A stretch of DNA of 64,000 bases from Heteronotia binoei (taxonomy: Eukaryota): assembly GCF_032191835.1 (NCBI RefSeq), contig NC_083224.1, forward strand, positions 134,912,001-134,976,000, read 5' to 3'. Position 1 is the first letter of the stretch, and each line of letters opens with the position of its first letter. Below are positions 37,230 through 51,295 of this stretch, piece after piece. Both the position numbers and the translations under genes were made by a program. The notes under the pieces are model-generated. The model searched no databases, was not told the origin of the DNA, and saw nothing but the letters and a program-made list of their open reading frames with translations.

Positions 37230-39850
37230 TCAACATATACCTCCCTCCTCAACAAAGAAAGGTGAACATCAACACAATTTGGACAGACCTGGAAAGTTGT
37301 ATTGAAGACTTTTTATTGGAATATTTAGCTGACGGTCCTTTGGGGCAGTGATTTTAATGCGAGAATGGGCCCAAATGATCATTTATTTTAAGTCAGATAT
37401 ATAAAGTTCCTGTATTTTTCCAGGAGGAAGAATGGACACACACTATCTGTGTTCCTCTAAGGACCACAGGTCAAATTATGCCAGTTTCTGCCTTGCAAGA
37501 ATGGCAAATAGGGTAAGCCTCTATATTCTGAATGGCTCTATACTCGAAGACTATCCAGGAGAATTTACATATATGGCGGGGTTAAGGTCTAATACCTTAT
37601 ATGTTAGTCAGTGAGAATTTATTACCCCCTAGTTAAGAACATTCACATATTACTCTATTAGGATAGAGACCATCTACTTCTCTTATTGTAAATGCTTCCA
37701 CTGGTCCAGAAGATTTATTTTAAGTCTAAACCTGGTATAGATGTTACATCAATGGAGCAAATGGGTTGTCATGCCAAATGGACAGTTTGACTTGAACAAA
37801 GGAAAAAGACAATTTTGGTGGATGAGAATTTGCTAACATGTTGATCAGCTATTATGGAAGACACCTGGGGAAGTGATCCCTTGGTCTTCTATGACAACCT
37901 AGTTCAGGGACTCTATTCTCTGCATATTACACATATAAAAAATGCTACCAGTAATGCCAGTCTGACAACCCACAATGTTTTCTTGTACAAAAGAAATTTT
38001 TACAAACAATTAGTTGTTCATAAAAAGAAAGCTGACATAAAGGCAACATAGGAGTGCCTAATACAGGCAGCCAAAGGGGGCACATTATTCTGGAAGACTT
38101 CAAGACACTCATTTAGGGACTTTTCACCTTTGGATTCCCTTATTATGAAGATTTACCTGAATCATCACCTGTATCTGTAAAAGAATTTGTGTCACTGATT
38201 AACCAATTAAGAAGAGTGAAAACTCCTGGCATAGACTGCAACCCTCCAAAGCTTCTAAAAAACTATATTGAATGGTGGGCTCCAGTTCTAGCTTTGCTTT
38301 TCTCTTACATCAATTCCTCACTGTATTCCAGAGGACTGGGGACAGGTGAATATAGTACCATTCTTCAAGAAAGGGAGGAGGGATGATCCCACAAATTATC
38401 GACCAATCAGCTTGCTCAGCATCATCAGTAAACTTTATGCCAAACACCTTTTAGATAAATTCAAATGCTGGATTGAGCAAGAAGATTTAATTGCAGAAGA
38501 ACGTGCAAAATTTAAGTGGGGGGGAGAGAGCAACTCTAGACCATTGCTTGATCATACAGCACTTAATTGAAAAATTTGCATCCAATAACTCATTCATACT
38601 GTGTGCTGCTTTTATAGGCCTGAAAACTGACTTTGATTTCATCAACAGGATGAAATTATGGGAGAAACTAGAAGTGATGTCTATACATCATAGGCTTCTA
38701 TTTCTAATACGAACTTTATATACTAACACATCCATTAAAGTTGGATGCAATAGGAAAGGGCACCTTGCAAACTCAATCATACCCTCAAAAGAAGTAAAAC
38801 AAGGATGCATACTGGCCTCATATTAACAACATGGTCAGCTGCTGAAGTAATTCAGATTTTCACCCCCTAAAGTAGCAGATTAAAAGATTTCTGTGTTATT
38901 ATATGCAAATGACACATTAATCTTTTGAAGAACCTCACTGGACTTAGAAGAGCTTTAAAGGTATTCAGTCATTTTTGTAATGATAAATCAGCTAGGGATA
39001 AATTATCAAAAAACTAAAGTCATGACATTTGGCAAGAGGCATAAAATTAGATCATGGAGTATAAACGGCCACAAGATAGAACAGGCAGCAAGTTTTAAGT
39101 ACTTGGGGGTTGTACTACAAGCTTCTAGGATGAAAAAAGCTCATTATGAGTTTGTGGCTGATGTAGGCCAAAAATCTGCTCATGGAGAAGTTAAATGCCA
39201 ACATTCTAAGGGAGGACAATACGTACTAGCTGCTCTTCTAGGCCAAAATATTGTCTCAGCTTTTATACGGGACAACACTAAGACCACCATCTCCCTCCTT
39301 TGTACCTTTGGAGTGAGTCCAGTTGAAATTTCTAAGACCAGTACTTCAATTGCCTCACTGTGTCTCCAATGCAAGCTTGCAATTGGAGAGTGGTCTGATT
39401 AAAGTAGTGGCTAAGGTGTTCTTTGCCTCCACTAACCATTGCCTTAAACTAAACTACAATCCCAAGGCTTAACTTCTTTGATTCTACACAATAGTTACCA
39501 GTCTTCCTGGCTAAAGGCAGTGAATAGTAAGCTGATGAGTTTGGGCTTTTCCACATATACTATTTTAAAAATGGTGTTTGATCAGGCAAAGTTAGTTGTA
39601 AAGCAAAGGATATTGAATGGCAGCGTGATATTGAAAGAACACCAACTTCCTGACCTCAGAGAATTCCAGGCACATCATTGCCCCAGCCACCTATCTCTTC
39701 CAGCTGTGCCAGCTGAGGACATTTTCTCTTGCTAGATGATGAGCAATTCCCTCTACAGTCCTGGAGACATGATATAGAAAGGTGCCTACAGTAAAGAGGC
39801 ACAGGAGAGGTTGACAACATTAAAACATATTTTACTCTACCGCCCTTTAG
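37230..39850 (+). mobile_element. Degenerate LINE ORF2 (APE remnant + RT; RTE-X-like, clade uncertain)
   Basis: IVPFFKKGRRDDPTNYRPISLLS, QGCILA, LLYAND, INYQKTKVM, FKYLGV across many frameshifts. Confidence 0.8.
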
Positions 39851-39892
39851 ATCAAGAAATTCATTTTAAGTTTATTCTTCCCTCACTTAGAA

Positions 39893-40028
39893 CAGGGGTG
39901 GCCAACGGTAGCTCTCCAGATGTTTTTTGCCTACAACTCTCATCAGCCCCAGCCATTGGTCATGCTGGCTGGGGCTGATGGGAGTTGTAGGCAAAAAACA
40001 TCTGGAGAGCTACCGTTGGCCTCCCCTG
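39893..40028. mobile_element. Palindromic hAT MITE (136 bp)
   Basis: Near-complete self-complementarity; perfect 8-bp TSD ACTTAGAA (39885-39892, 40029-40036). Confidence 0.9.
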
Positions 40029-40055
40029 ACTTAGAAGATATCCTGTTTGCTTGGA

Positions 40056-40980
40056 TTTGGAGTCTGTTAAAATGTTACTTATAGGCAAAACCCCACAGGT
40101 TACAGCCTTAGTGTGAAATTTCTTGCAACTGCTTGTAAAATTCTGCCATGTAAAATTCATAACATTTTATGTAGTTCAGATGAATCTTAATTTTAACATT
40201 TTGCAATAATGTAGTAATTTTGTATTACCTAACTGTATAGCTTGATTAGCTAATTGTCTGGGTTTGGAGTCTGTTAAAATGTTACTTATAGGAGAAAACC
40301 TACAGGTTACAATCCTTAGAGTGAAATTTCTTATAGCTGTTTGTAAAACTTGCCAGAAAGTTTTATGTATTTCAGATTAATCTTAACAATTTTAACATTT
40401 TAAAATAATTTAGTAATTTTGCATTACCTGACTGTATAATTTGATTGGGAGAGAAGTCACTACAGGAACAACAATATATACACAACACAATCGTTATAGT
40501 GACAAATTACTATGTAATAAAGTGCATATACAAAATACAAAAACAATTCATGAACATTCTTCCAAAGAGGAGTCCCGATGTGCAGGCTGCCGACTTTAAA
40601 AGTCCTGCTTTGATTGTCACTTGAGTTGCCATTGGGCTTGAGCTGCCATTGAGCATGATGCCGAATTGAAAACTTGTCTGGAGAATTCATATTCCCGTAT
40701 CATTATATATGTAAAAAATACTTAGCAGTGAGGAACGCATTGGGAAGAGCATCAGTAAGCCTCATTGAACGGGGATGTCTTTGTTGAGATTTAATGGAGC
40801 ACCCTTTGCGGGAAGAGTGACAATCGAAGCAGGACTTTTAAAGTCGGCAGCCTGGACACCAGGACTCCTCTTTGGAAGAATTTTCATTAATTGTTTTTGT
40901 ATTTTGTATATGCACTTTTTTACATAGTAATTTGTCACTATAACGATTGCATTGTGTATATATTGTATAATTTGATTAGC
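40056..40980. repeat. ~207-bp tandem duplication followed by a TSD-flanked module with ~151-bp inverted arms
   Basis: Units start at 40056 and 40263; arms 40471-40621 / 40816-40966; TGTATAATTTGATT at 40433-40446 and 40964-40977. Confidence 0.8.
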
Positions 40981-42583
40981 TGTTTATTTATTGCATTATT
41001 CTTATGATTATGTGATTCAGGTGTTTATTCAGGGACCACTTTGACACATTTACCTACTTATATACAATTGCAGCTACTCAAATGCAAAACTGGCAGATCG
41101 CCTGACCACCATGATTAACTTCAAAGCATGTGGGCAAAGACATGTAAAAGCCTCTTACCATTTCAGGCAAATTTAGGAAGGCTATTATAAGCCTTTTCCC
41201 TTCCTTTCTAAGGGGGCTGCAGCAATATATTTAAGGTTTTATTTTGATGTTTGTAGACTAGTGGGTCCCTTATTGTGAAGTAAATTTTATTTTTCTTTCA
41301 GGACCAGGCCTTTTTTTGTTAGAAAAAGTTAAGCAAGAACTCATTTGCATATTAGGCCATACTCCCTGATTCCAAGTCAGCTGGAATTGCATTCCTGTGC
41401 ATTCCTCCTCAAAAAAAGCACTATTCAGGACACTGAGATTCTTGAGGCAGAGTTAAAAAATGAACTACAATATATATATATTAAAATTTTTATTTCTCAA
41501 ATGTCCAAATTGTTACAGGCATGGTAAGCAAGTTACAAAACAAAGTAATGTTACAACCAATGGTTCCTCTGAGCTGCATTAGTGTGAGCTAGCTCACAGG
41601 TTTTTTAGCCTCAGGCTCACACATTTTTGTCTTAGCTCAGGAAAATTGGCTCCAAAGCAAACTAATTTATGTAGTAGCTCCCAACTTTAATGCCAGTAAC
41701 TTGCAAAGTAGAAGTTTTGCTCACAAGACTCCACAGTTTAGAGGGAGCACTGGTTACCTGGACTAGGATAAACATTTTCTTTTATAAATTACAGCATCAG
41801 AAAACTTTGTATACATTTAACTCAATAGCTCACAGAATCCTTAAATGATTTTTTTTCACCATTGTATAATATTTATTCAGTCAGGAAATGTTCAGGGATT
41901 TCTCCTTAAAACAGTTAACTTCTACCAAATTCCCACAGCCTTGCTAAAAGTTTCCAGTAGTCTCAGTTTTTCTGAAGGATAAACTTGAACCATGTTAGAG
42001 TATTTACATGCAGGGTTCTAATCTACCTAGTCTGATCTAAATTTGAGACAGCCTCATCTGCTTTCATAAAGAGTCAGATCCTATGGCCCCTCCTGGGATA
42101 GGGAAACAACTTTAATTGTTACACACTAAGTACAGCAGCCTGCAGTCTCCCTCACTCAGGGTCTACCCCAGCCCTTCTGGACTTCTTTCTTCACTACTTT
42201 CACTTCTACATCTTCCTGTTTCCTCCATGTTCTGGCCCTCTTTCCCTTTTCTACTACTCCACCACCTAATTGTCTCCTTCCATCTGTCCTTACTAGCCTG
42301 GTGCTACTCTGGCATGCAGCCCTGTTCATCCCAGGCTGCTTTTTCATGACCCTTAAAGCCTCTCCAGCATCCCCCTGCCACTACCCCCCAGGATTGTCTT
42401 GAGCTGTGGCTTGAGCATGGCAGGAATTTCCCTATCCTGGGATATGATCTGCTTCCTGTGTGCTCCCACTGCTATCAACTGCCTTTCAGCTATACTCTCT
42501 GCCAGCAAACTGGCAGGCTGGAGCACAGCTGAATGCTTTCCCTGGCCAGTCTGGTGTATTCTGGGCCCCAGCCCCCAGGTAAG

Positions 42584-43253
42584 CAGGCCTGTAGCCAGAA
42601 AATTTTAGACAGGGGGGTCCAGGGGATAAAATGCTAGGTGGGGGTCTGCGGGGCACAAAATGACATCACAAACTTAAAAAAAACCTGGGCCCTGCCTTGA
42701 CTGGACACATGCCTCCCACAGACCCACGCTGAACTCGTCCTCCCACCCCCACCTCGGCTGCTAAGGAAAAAGCTTTTCCAAGATCCTTCTCTACTGCACA
42801 AAGCCGCATTGTGCCGCTTCAGCCTCACACAAAGGGAAGACCCATCAGAATGCTCCCGTGCATCTGCCTCTGCCCCAACCCAGTCCACTGGCGGGGCTCA
42901 CCATCTCCCCAGCTGCACAGATAGATCCTAAGCTGGAGGCGGAGTGGGAGGGGGCCACAAAGGAGGTGGCCATTGCTTGGAGGAGCATTGCAGGACCATG
43001 CTGCAGGCCAACCAGCAGAGTGAACGGGTGGAAAAAGGTGGCTAGCAGACAAAGAACTGGCGGGTGGGCAAGGAAGGCAGGCAAGAAAGGTGGTTGGTGG
43101 GCAAGGAAGTCAGCGGGCAGCCGAAGAAGGCAGGTGAGAAAGGCGGTAGGTAGACGAGGAAGGCAGTGGGTGAGCAGTGGAGGGGCCAAAAAGTAAAGCA
43201 GGGAGAAGATTAGTTGGGTCTGGCCCCTCCCGGCCCCCCTAGCTATGGGCCCG
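42584..43253. mobile_element. Non-autonomous hAT (Tip100-like) element
   Basis: Imperfect TIRs CAGGCCTGTAGC / GCTATGGGCCCG; 8-bp TSD CAGGTAAG (42576-42583, 43254-43261). Confidence 0.8.
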
Positions 43254-43931
43254 CAGGTAAGACTAGTCATTTGTTACTGCCTGGTAGGGCTGCCATAGAA
43301 ACCAAACTAACATGCCTGCTTACTCCCAGAGACACACCTCCACTACAGTCCCTCTGCTCTACAAGTTGCTCTCTCCAAACCGATAATTGTCAACTTTCCC
43401 CACTTCCTTCAAGCTGTTTGAATGTTGCTGTGGTCTTCATATCAGCTCAGCCATTCACACTGTATTGGTTGTTTGATAGCTAGGGGACAGAAAGTCTCAT
43501 ATGCAGCACCTCCATGATTAACTTTTCAAATCATGTGGACAGACAAACTGAAAAGCTTGGAAGCAACCTTATAGTTCTTTGGATGCTGACATGTATTTAT
43601 ATCCTGATCTTTCTACAATGACACAGTAGTGACTTGTGACATTGCTGTGAGATTTATAAAATTAGGTAACAGTGGTTTGGTTCAAACATAACAGCAAACT
43701 GTGATTTCCCTCAAGCTAGTAGAGTACTTCCACTTTCTTTGCTTTAATCCTGATTTGGAATCCTGGTTAGCTAGGCTTGTACATATTAGCAAATTATGAT
43801 GTGCACAAAAAGTGAAAATAACTCATTAGACTGCTATCTGTGAGGGAATGAGAAAGGGAAAAGTGAAGATGGGAATGCATGAATCTGAAATTTCCAAAGT
43901 TCATTCATAATGCATTCAAAGCATTCATAAT

Positions 43932-44218
43932 GGGTGTTTTCGCACTCACCTTCAGCCGGCGCCGCGACCCTCTTGACGACGGAGGATCTGTGCTGATTTC
44001 CCACACGAAGCGCTGGAGCAACCAGAAGAGCCGCCAATTTCCGGCGCGAAGCCCGCTCAAGCGTTTTCCTGCTTCTTGGCGATTTACGTTTGAGCGGGCT
44101 TCGCGCCGGAAATTGGCGGCTCTTCTGGTTGCTCCAGCGCTTCGTGTGGGAAATCAGCACAGATCCTCCGTCGTCAAGAGGGTCGCGGCGCCGGCTGAAG
44201 GTGAGTGCGAAAACACCC
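43932..44218. mobile_element. Young foldback MITE, probably PIF/Harbinger
   Basis: Perfect 129-bp inverted arms (43932-44060 / 44090-44218), 29-bp spacer, GGG...CCC ends, 3-bp TSD AAT. Confidence 0.9.
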
Positions 44219-45070
44219 AATGCAAGTTTGTTGCTTTGTCTGGATTGAGCCAGCTACGTTGCCCAAGATCAGCTAGTGCAGTGCTTTGGGGTACCACTGA
44301 ATTGCAAGCTGATGATATCAGAGTCATGTGACAAGAAGAGTGACAGCCCACGTTATGGCTTCATTAGTGCCAGGACCATGGGCAGCAGTCCAAAATAACA
44401 GTGAATACAAAACATAACTCAGGTACCAGGCAATTAGAAGTATTAGATAAAAGAGAGAACAGCAAGCAACTTAGACAATAAATGACTTTGCTTTTGATTT
44501 ATTAAGGATGTGTGTTGTTTAGAATGCTCTTTAAATGAACTCCGAAGCTCATTTCTATGATGTATTATTTATTATGCAATACCTCAGCTAATGGCCTAAT
44601 CCTCTGTTTCAGTGTACTGCTCAGAGAATATATAGTGTTGGATGGAAGCACTTATTTGATAGCTGCTATCAATGGAACTGGTCAATGCTTTTTTCCCCTG
44701 TTGTGTAGTGTGCCTGTTCTTCTATAGTACTTGGTTGGGTCTAAAACTGGTTCTAAAGTAGATCAATTACGGTAATTGGGGCACAAAATCTCAAGAATAT
44801 ACATAAATTAAACACAACTATGGGTGGAACTGCAAGAGAAACTGTGTTTGAGGAAAACCCAAATGATTAGGATTTATACTGCAAATAGAAGAGAAACCTG
44901 TATCTGTGAGATTCCCTGAGACAACTACAGAGGTTAATACAAACTATTCAAAGTGTAGTTAATATAATAACACAAACATCCAAGTAAAATTGAGCTGGAG
45001 ACCAGTTATTTCACCCTTTTACAGCCACTTCATCAACTATACTGAATTTTGATGTTGAATCCAAACTGAA

Positions 45071-46054
45071 TGTAACAGTTGCATAATTGGGATTTATTGG
45101 TCACCAAATCCAAATAAAGCACATTCTGTTAACAGAATGTCCCTCCCAGGCTGGGTCGGGACTCGGGCGGGCGACTTCCTCCATGGCCGGCAAGCCCCAC
45201 AGCTCCCCAACCCCGTGCCCAGCCAGCCTGAGGGGAATGGCATCTGGCATGGCAGCAGGGGAGCCCCAGTTCAGGCTGGGGAGCAAAGTGCTGCCACCGC
45301 AAGAGCCCACCAGCCCAGATGCCCGTTGAGCAAGGCCCCAGGCCCAAGGGGAATGGTGTGGCCCCACCTCAACAGGAAGGAAGCCCGGCAGAGGAATGGC
45401 CCAGAGAAAGGGGCTGTGTTCAGAGCTGTGGTGGCTCATGCCACTGTGCCCAGATCCATCCAGACAGCCAGTGCCACCCCAGAAGCCCCAGGGAGAGGAA
45501 TGCCCAGGAGATGCCTCTCCACATCTAGGCTTAAGAGGAGGGGCAGAGCTGAAGGGGGTGGGCTCTGCAAGGGAGGGGGAGCAGCCAACACACAATAAAA
45601 GGATGTCACACAGGGAGGTCGGGGAGGAATGCAGCTGCTGCTGAGGAGGGGCTGTGAACAGAGAGAGAAAGAGAGAGCCCAAAGCACAGTTGGGAAGAAG
45701 AGCCTGTAGGTGGTGTAACCCAGCCTCCTTCCAGTTCTGAGACCTCTGGCCTGAGGGGAGAGGGCAAAAGGCAGCCAGGACCCAGCAGGGGCGACGGCAG
45801 TGTCAGGAACCTCAAGGGGGTGCCTAGGAGAATTAACACCTGAATGGAGAAAAAATGGTTTGTGGGGTTTGGGAGAGAAAGGCATGGCTTGGGCTGGGTG
45901 GTGATTCCCCCTTCTGCCTTCTATTCTGTATTAATGCAGAAAACAACATAACTGAATTGGGTCCTGCTGTCATCACGACTACCTGTGACCTTACAATCCA
46001 ATCATATAAAGCAATCCAAACCCAGAATGAACCAAGCTGAGTCATAATATTACA
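45071..46054 (-). mobile_element. Possible solo LTR
   Basis: TGTAAC...ATTACA ends and AATAAA near the minus-strand 3' end; no TSD found. Confidence 0.3.
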
Positions 46055-47414
46055 ACCCATTTATTTTGACATGCTCATAGTTCATTCAAAAATACAAGGC
46101 TGAAGACAACTATAAAATTTATTGAACTGTTGGGGTAGTTTGGAAACTGACTTGATATTCATGTATATCTTTAAGATTTATTCTTTTGCAGATAGAAAAT
46201 ATTGGGGAGGAGAGAGAGCTTCTTGTCCAATTTATTATACTTCCAACCCCCAAACCATGGCCTTACCAGTAATGGTGGAAGAAATTCAGTGCAGGAGAGG
46301 AGAACTATGTGAGGAAGGACAAGAGGAAGCAATGTGACTTGACCAGAACTGTAGTTTTTCTCCTCACACATATGATTCAAGTCTCTGCTGCAAAGAGAAT
46401 GGCAAATTTACCATTTATCTTGAAATGGGGTTGGGGGATATGGGAAGAAAGAAGAAACCCTGGGGGCTTCAGGGAATGAGAAATGTGCTCCAAAAGATTA
46501 GGGCTATGTTGTGCCATAATTATATTGCTGATGCCTTATAACTATAATTTATATGTACAGGATAGGGAAGGACTGCTTTTCAGCTATTGCCAGCATCAAG
46601 GGATCTCAGTTCCGACCTGTAGGTCAGCGATGCCATTTTAATGAAGAATTTGACCTTTTAAAAATGCCATGAGGACTCCATCCTGACTGGGCAAGGGCAC
46701 AGCAGGACTAGGCATTCTGCTCTCCCCCTTGTAGCATTTTTAAATCGTCATATTCTTCTTAAAAATGGCATCAGTGGCCATGGGTCTAACTATAAATAGA
46801 CCATAACATCTAGTTCGGCCCTTTGTGTGATGCCATCATGTGATGTACTACCACTGAAAACTGTTTGTGGCCCTTTAAAATGTTTTGTCTGCCACTCAAA
46901 TTATGAAGCTTGAAGGAATCTAGTATCAAAATGGTTTTAAGAAATACACTGAGGTTTTTTTTTAAAGACTACCCTTAATTTACTCACAAACATATAGGTG
47001 CCTGAAAGCAGATGAGCTGGCAGTCAGAAAATATAGTAGGAGACTGATAAATCATTATGCAGATTTTCTTATTGACACACTTCAAGCAACAATTCATTCC
47101 ATTCCATTACAAAAAGAGCATTACTGCCTAATCCTCTGGATTTGTTTAAACTGCATTTATGGAAGCAGGAATGTGTGCAACTGTATTTGAAGAACAGAGT
47201 TATGTGTGATATCCTAGTTATATAATGCTTAATAGAACTCCTGTACCCCTACCTAGCTGTTAATTAAAAGCAACACAATCTCACATCAGTCTCCATAATT
47301 TCTATTGACAAACAAAATGCATGTATTTAGGTGCGTATCTGATTAAGTTCCTGACTTTACTCTGTTCCTGTGGACAACAGTCTTTGCATGTTGCAGATAT
47401 AGTGAAGATAACTA

Positions 47415-47600
47415 GAGGCATCAGACAAGGTCTGTAAACATGAGCAGTAAACCTCTTTGCCTACTGCACATAGAGACCAGGGGCAGAATCCACCACATTT
47501 GTTTGTGTCTAATGAAGGGAGCTTTATCTTGCAAAAGCTTACACTCGGAACATGTTATTAGTCTCTCAGGTGCTACTGGGCTCAAATCTAACTGCATTCA
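47415..47600 (+). mobile_element. Penelope-like pseudo-LTR fragment
   Basis: CTAATGAAGGGAGCT...AAAAGCTTA...TTAGTCTCTCAGGTGCTAC resembles reptile Penelope termini. Confidence 0.5.
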
Positions 47601-50589
47601 CCAGAGGTACTATACAGCCTTTATTCCAAGTCAGTGGTTTTAATCACTGAAACAAACTGATACTGCTCAGTAGTTGTGCTTGATGATTTGCATGTAAGTA
47701 AACCAAGAATTGCTATTGGGGATGTGCAAAAAGAAGAAGTATAATTTAAATTTGGGGGCAAAAATATCCAAGGGGGCTGAATATCCCTGAATATCAGGTT
47801 TGGTACCCAGAACTGATTTAGGAGATATTTGACTATTCCTGAATATATGGCTCCATTATTCTATGGGCCATTGAAGTCAATAACAAAATGTAGGGTATAA
47901 TGTCTGGGGGCTGGAGGAGCTGGGGTTTGAGGCAGAGGCACCCAATTTGCAGTGTAGCTTCAGGAGCATCTTCCCCAAAGAACCCCCAAGTTTCAAAAAG
48001 ATTGGACCAGGGGGTTTGTTCCCCAGGGCTATTTTTGTAGAAAAAGCCCAGCAGGCACTCATTTGCATATTAGGCCACATACCCCTGATGCAAAGCCAGC
48101 TGGAACTGTGTTTCTGTGCGTTTCTGCTCCCAAAAAGCCTGGTTGTTTCCTATGATGGGGGAAAAGAAAATGTCAATTTTTCCACTTAAAAAACCCCCAA
48201 CTTTAAGAAATCACACAACTGTGCAACCACAACAACACTAGCAACTAGCAAGGAAAGCAAGCAGATCCACAACATAATCCATACTCCAACAGCCACCACC
48301 CCCCCCAGCCAACAAGAGGACCAAACACCAAAGGAAACAACAGTCAACTCGTAAGAAATATAAAAAAACAAAAAATCAAAACACTGAACTTTGAAATCAC
48401 CATCACAGGCTATGAACAAAACTCTTTACACAAAAAAAAAATAATGTGAACAACAACACCCCCATCCCCCAGCAACTAAAAGGAATAACACCAATCCAAC
48501 AGAAATATTTACAATGCTAGAAAGAAAAACAATCTTTAAAAACTTTTAGAACAACTTTGAGAGAGTAAGCCAATCCCCGCACCCCAACAGAACCCTACCT
48601 AGCCCACCCCAAGCAAGCCACTCATCCACCCTAACCAAGATAACTAAAGGGACACTGTTTTAAAAAGTCCTTCTACTCAATCCTGTTTTGAAAAAAACAC
48701 ATCTTCCCTCAAACTTACCTAATGATGTCTTACCTAACCCCCCAAACTTACCTAATGAGTCCAGGAGTACAATCCACTATGGTCCACACAGCCAAGGAGG
48801 CCAAGGTACAAAGCAGCAGCAGCTGAAGCCAGGGGCCAGCAGCTACAGAATCCCTCAGCCAAGCAGCCAGTCAGCACTGGAGTCTAGCCACTAGGCAGCA
48901 GCACTCCATATGCTGTCTGCCCATGCACAGAATGTTTTCAAAAAAGAATACTATCCTGTAATTGGACAGAGAGCATTGCAACTTGCAATTCTATAGGCAG
49001 AATTGCAAGTTTACCCTCCCCCCTCCCAAACAAGGTAGGCATAGCCCAGCAGCAACACAAGCCTTACAAAGCTGCATATGCCTCTTGCAATTTGCAAATA
49101 CATGGCAGTGATTGGCTGTCAGGGCCTGTGTCTACCTCCACCTCCCACCCTGATTCCAGGGATGCCTAGGAATGGGTGGAAAAAGCCCAAAGAGTGGGAA
49201 AGATACTAGTCTGACACTCTAACCCCACGCTATGCTGGGTTTTCTAAATAACGTATGATGATTGCAAAGCACTCAGTTCACTGTAAAGGACACAATCCAG
49301 CCAAAACTAAATGCTTTTATTTCAGTATGGTGATTTAAGCATGTGTTAATTGTTCCTTTGAAGTGAAAAGCACAGTGAAGTTCTAAGCAGAATTACATCC
49401 TTTTAAGCTTACTGACCTTAGAATAATTTAATTTTGCTCAAGATAGCACCTGTTATACAACTTTAACTGACTTTGTATTTTAGTCAACCTTTGCAAAAGA
49501 AATGCACTATCATGCTTTTGAGCATTAGTTTACTTAGTGAAATTGACAAAATTTGGGGTCTAATTTTTTGTATGGTTAATGGATTTGTTGACTCTAGGCC
49601 TAAATAAATTAATCAAATTATGAATGTTAGAATTTATGGGCTCATCAAAATAGTCCTGCCAAGTTTACTCCAACTGAATTTTCTCTTTTTTAATGTGATT
49701 ATCTTGTTAGTTTTTTTCATAGAGCAGGAGTATGCAGTCACCATATGATAGAATAGAGAGGAGTCCCTTTAAACTCTTGCTTTCTGCTCTATCCATGTAT
49801 GATGTTTCCATATCCTTTCCAACCTCAAACGCAAGATTTATGCTCCATTTCTATTTGCCTTTTTGATTGAGCAGCCCCAGTGGTCAGTTTTTTTCTTTCC
49901 TGAAGAACTCTGATTGTTCTATCCTTTCTCAGTATATTTTACTGATGGCTCAGCCCAGGAACCTGAGGGAAGGATCGGAATTGCCCTTTAACATAAACTG
50001 CTTGAGACATTTTGAAATTCAAAATTAGCAAAATATTTTATTCAATATGGAGGGGAAAGATCAGGTGAAATCAGAGGTTGAAATTTCTGAGGTAACTCAA
50101 TATAGATAATTCTGAGTAAAACCAGTACTTGCACATACTTTAGTTCTTATGTTTCAGGCTAATGAGATTTTCTTAAGCTATTCACAGTTATTTAAATCTT
50201 TTATGTTGTGAGGCTTTTGTTTCAGTGCTTTACCAAACGCTTCATTACATTTTCTTTGAATATTCTCTAACTCTTTTGGTTTCCAGAAGGCTGGTACACT
50301 CTTTCTAGTACCCAACCTCTTTTCTTGAAACACCAGCACTGGTCTTGAGTTTTTAACTGATTCTTAAGGTTTTGACAGGCAGTTTCTAACCAGACCAGAG
50401 ATCTCTGCACTTTTTGGAGCTACCTTTCTGTTTGACTTTCTAGAACAGCGTTTCCCATTTACAGGGTCATGACCCGGTACCAGGCCATGCAAGCCTCAAT
50501 ACCGGAACACCAGGGGCGGTCCGACAGCCCCTGCCCTCTCCACTCTCTTCGGTGCTGCATGCCGCACTGCACTCCAACCCCTGCCCCCC

Positions 50590-51295
50590 TACATGGGGCT
50601 GCCTTTGTGCTGAACCCGGAAACTGCAGCTGGTGCAGAATGTGGCGGCTAGGCTGTTATTAGGGCTCCTGAAGGGGGAGCACATATGGCCAGGGCTGCGT
50701 GAGCTGCGCTGGCTGCCAGTTGTATACCGGGTTCGTTACAAAGTGCTGGCAATTACCTCTAACGCCCTATATGGTTGAGGGCCTGCCTACGTTAGGGACC
50801 GTCTCTCCCCATATGTGCCCCAGAGAGTACTGAGATCAGGGGGAAAGAACTGGTTGACAATCCCTGGGCTGAAGGAGGCCAAATTGAAAAGCACACGTGA
50901 ACGGGCCTTTTCGATCATAGCTCCACACTGGTGGAACCAACTACCGGATGAAGTGCGGGCCCTGCGGAGTCTGGACCAATTCCGTAGGGCCTGCAAGACT
51001 ACTCTTTTTCAAATGGCCTTTGCTTAAATGTAGACTTAATGTAGACCTGCTGTAGACATAATCTATTATATCCAGCCACCAAACCTACTGAGGAAAATAT
51101 CTGATAGGTAGCACCGAAAATGTTAATTTTAATTGTAAATGATGGTTTTAATTATGATGGTTTTATTTAACAAATTATGTGCTGTATTGTACTGAGGTTT
51201 TTATATTGCAAATTGTAATTTTTATATGTTTTAAGCCGCCCTGAGCCTGCTTCGGCGGGGAGGGCGGGATATAAATAAAATATATTATTATTATC
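50590..51295 (+). mobile_element. L2 LINE 3' fragment
   Basis: YMGLPL..RKLQLVQNVAARLL, RAFSIIAPHWWNQLPDEVRAL; tail TAAGCCGCCCTGAG...(TTA)n. Confidence 0.9.

Noticed and set aside
43834-44331. Mirror-image 128/150-aa ORFs on both strands
   Set aside because: Artefact of the perfect inverted repeat
45087-45885. Cluster of GC-rich ORFs up to 193 aa
   Set aside because: No recognisable domain, overlapping in several frames as expected for GC-rich repeat or LTR-like DNA
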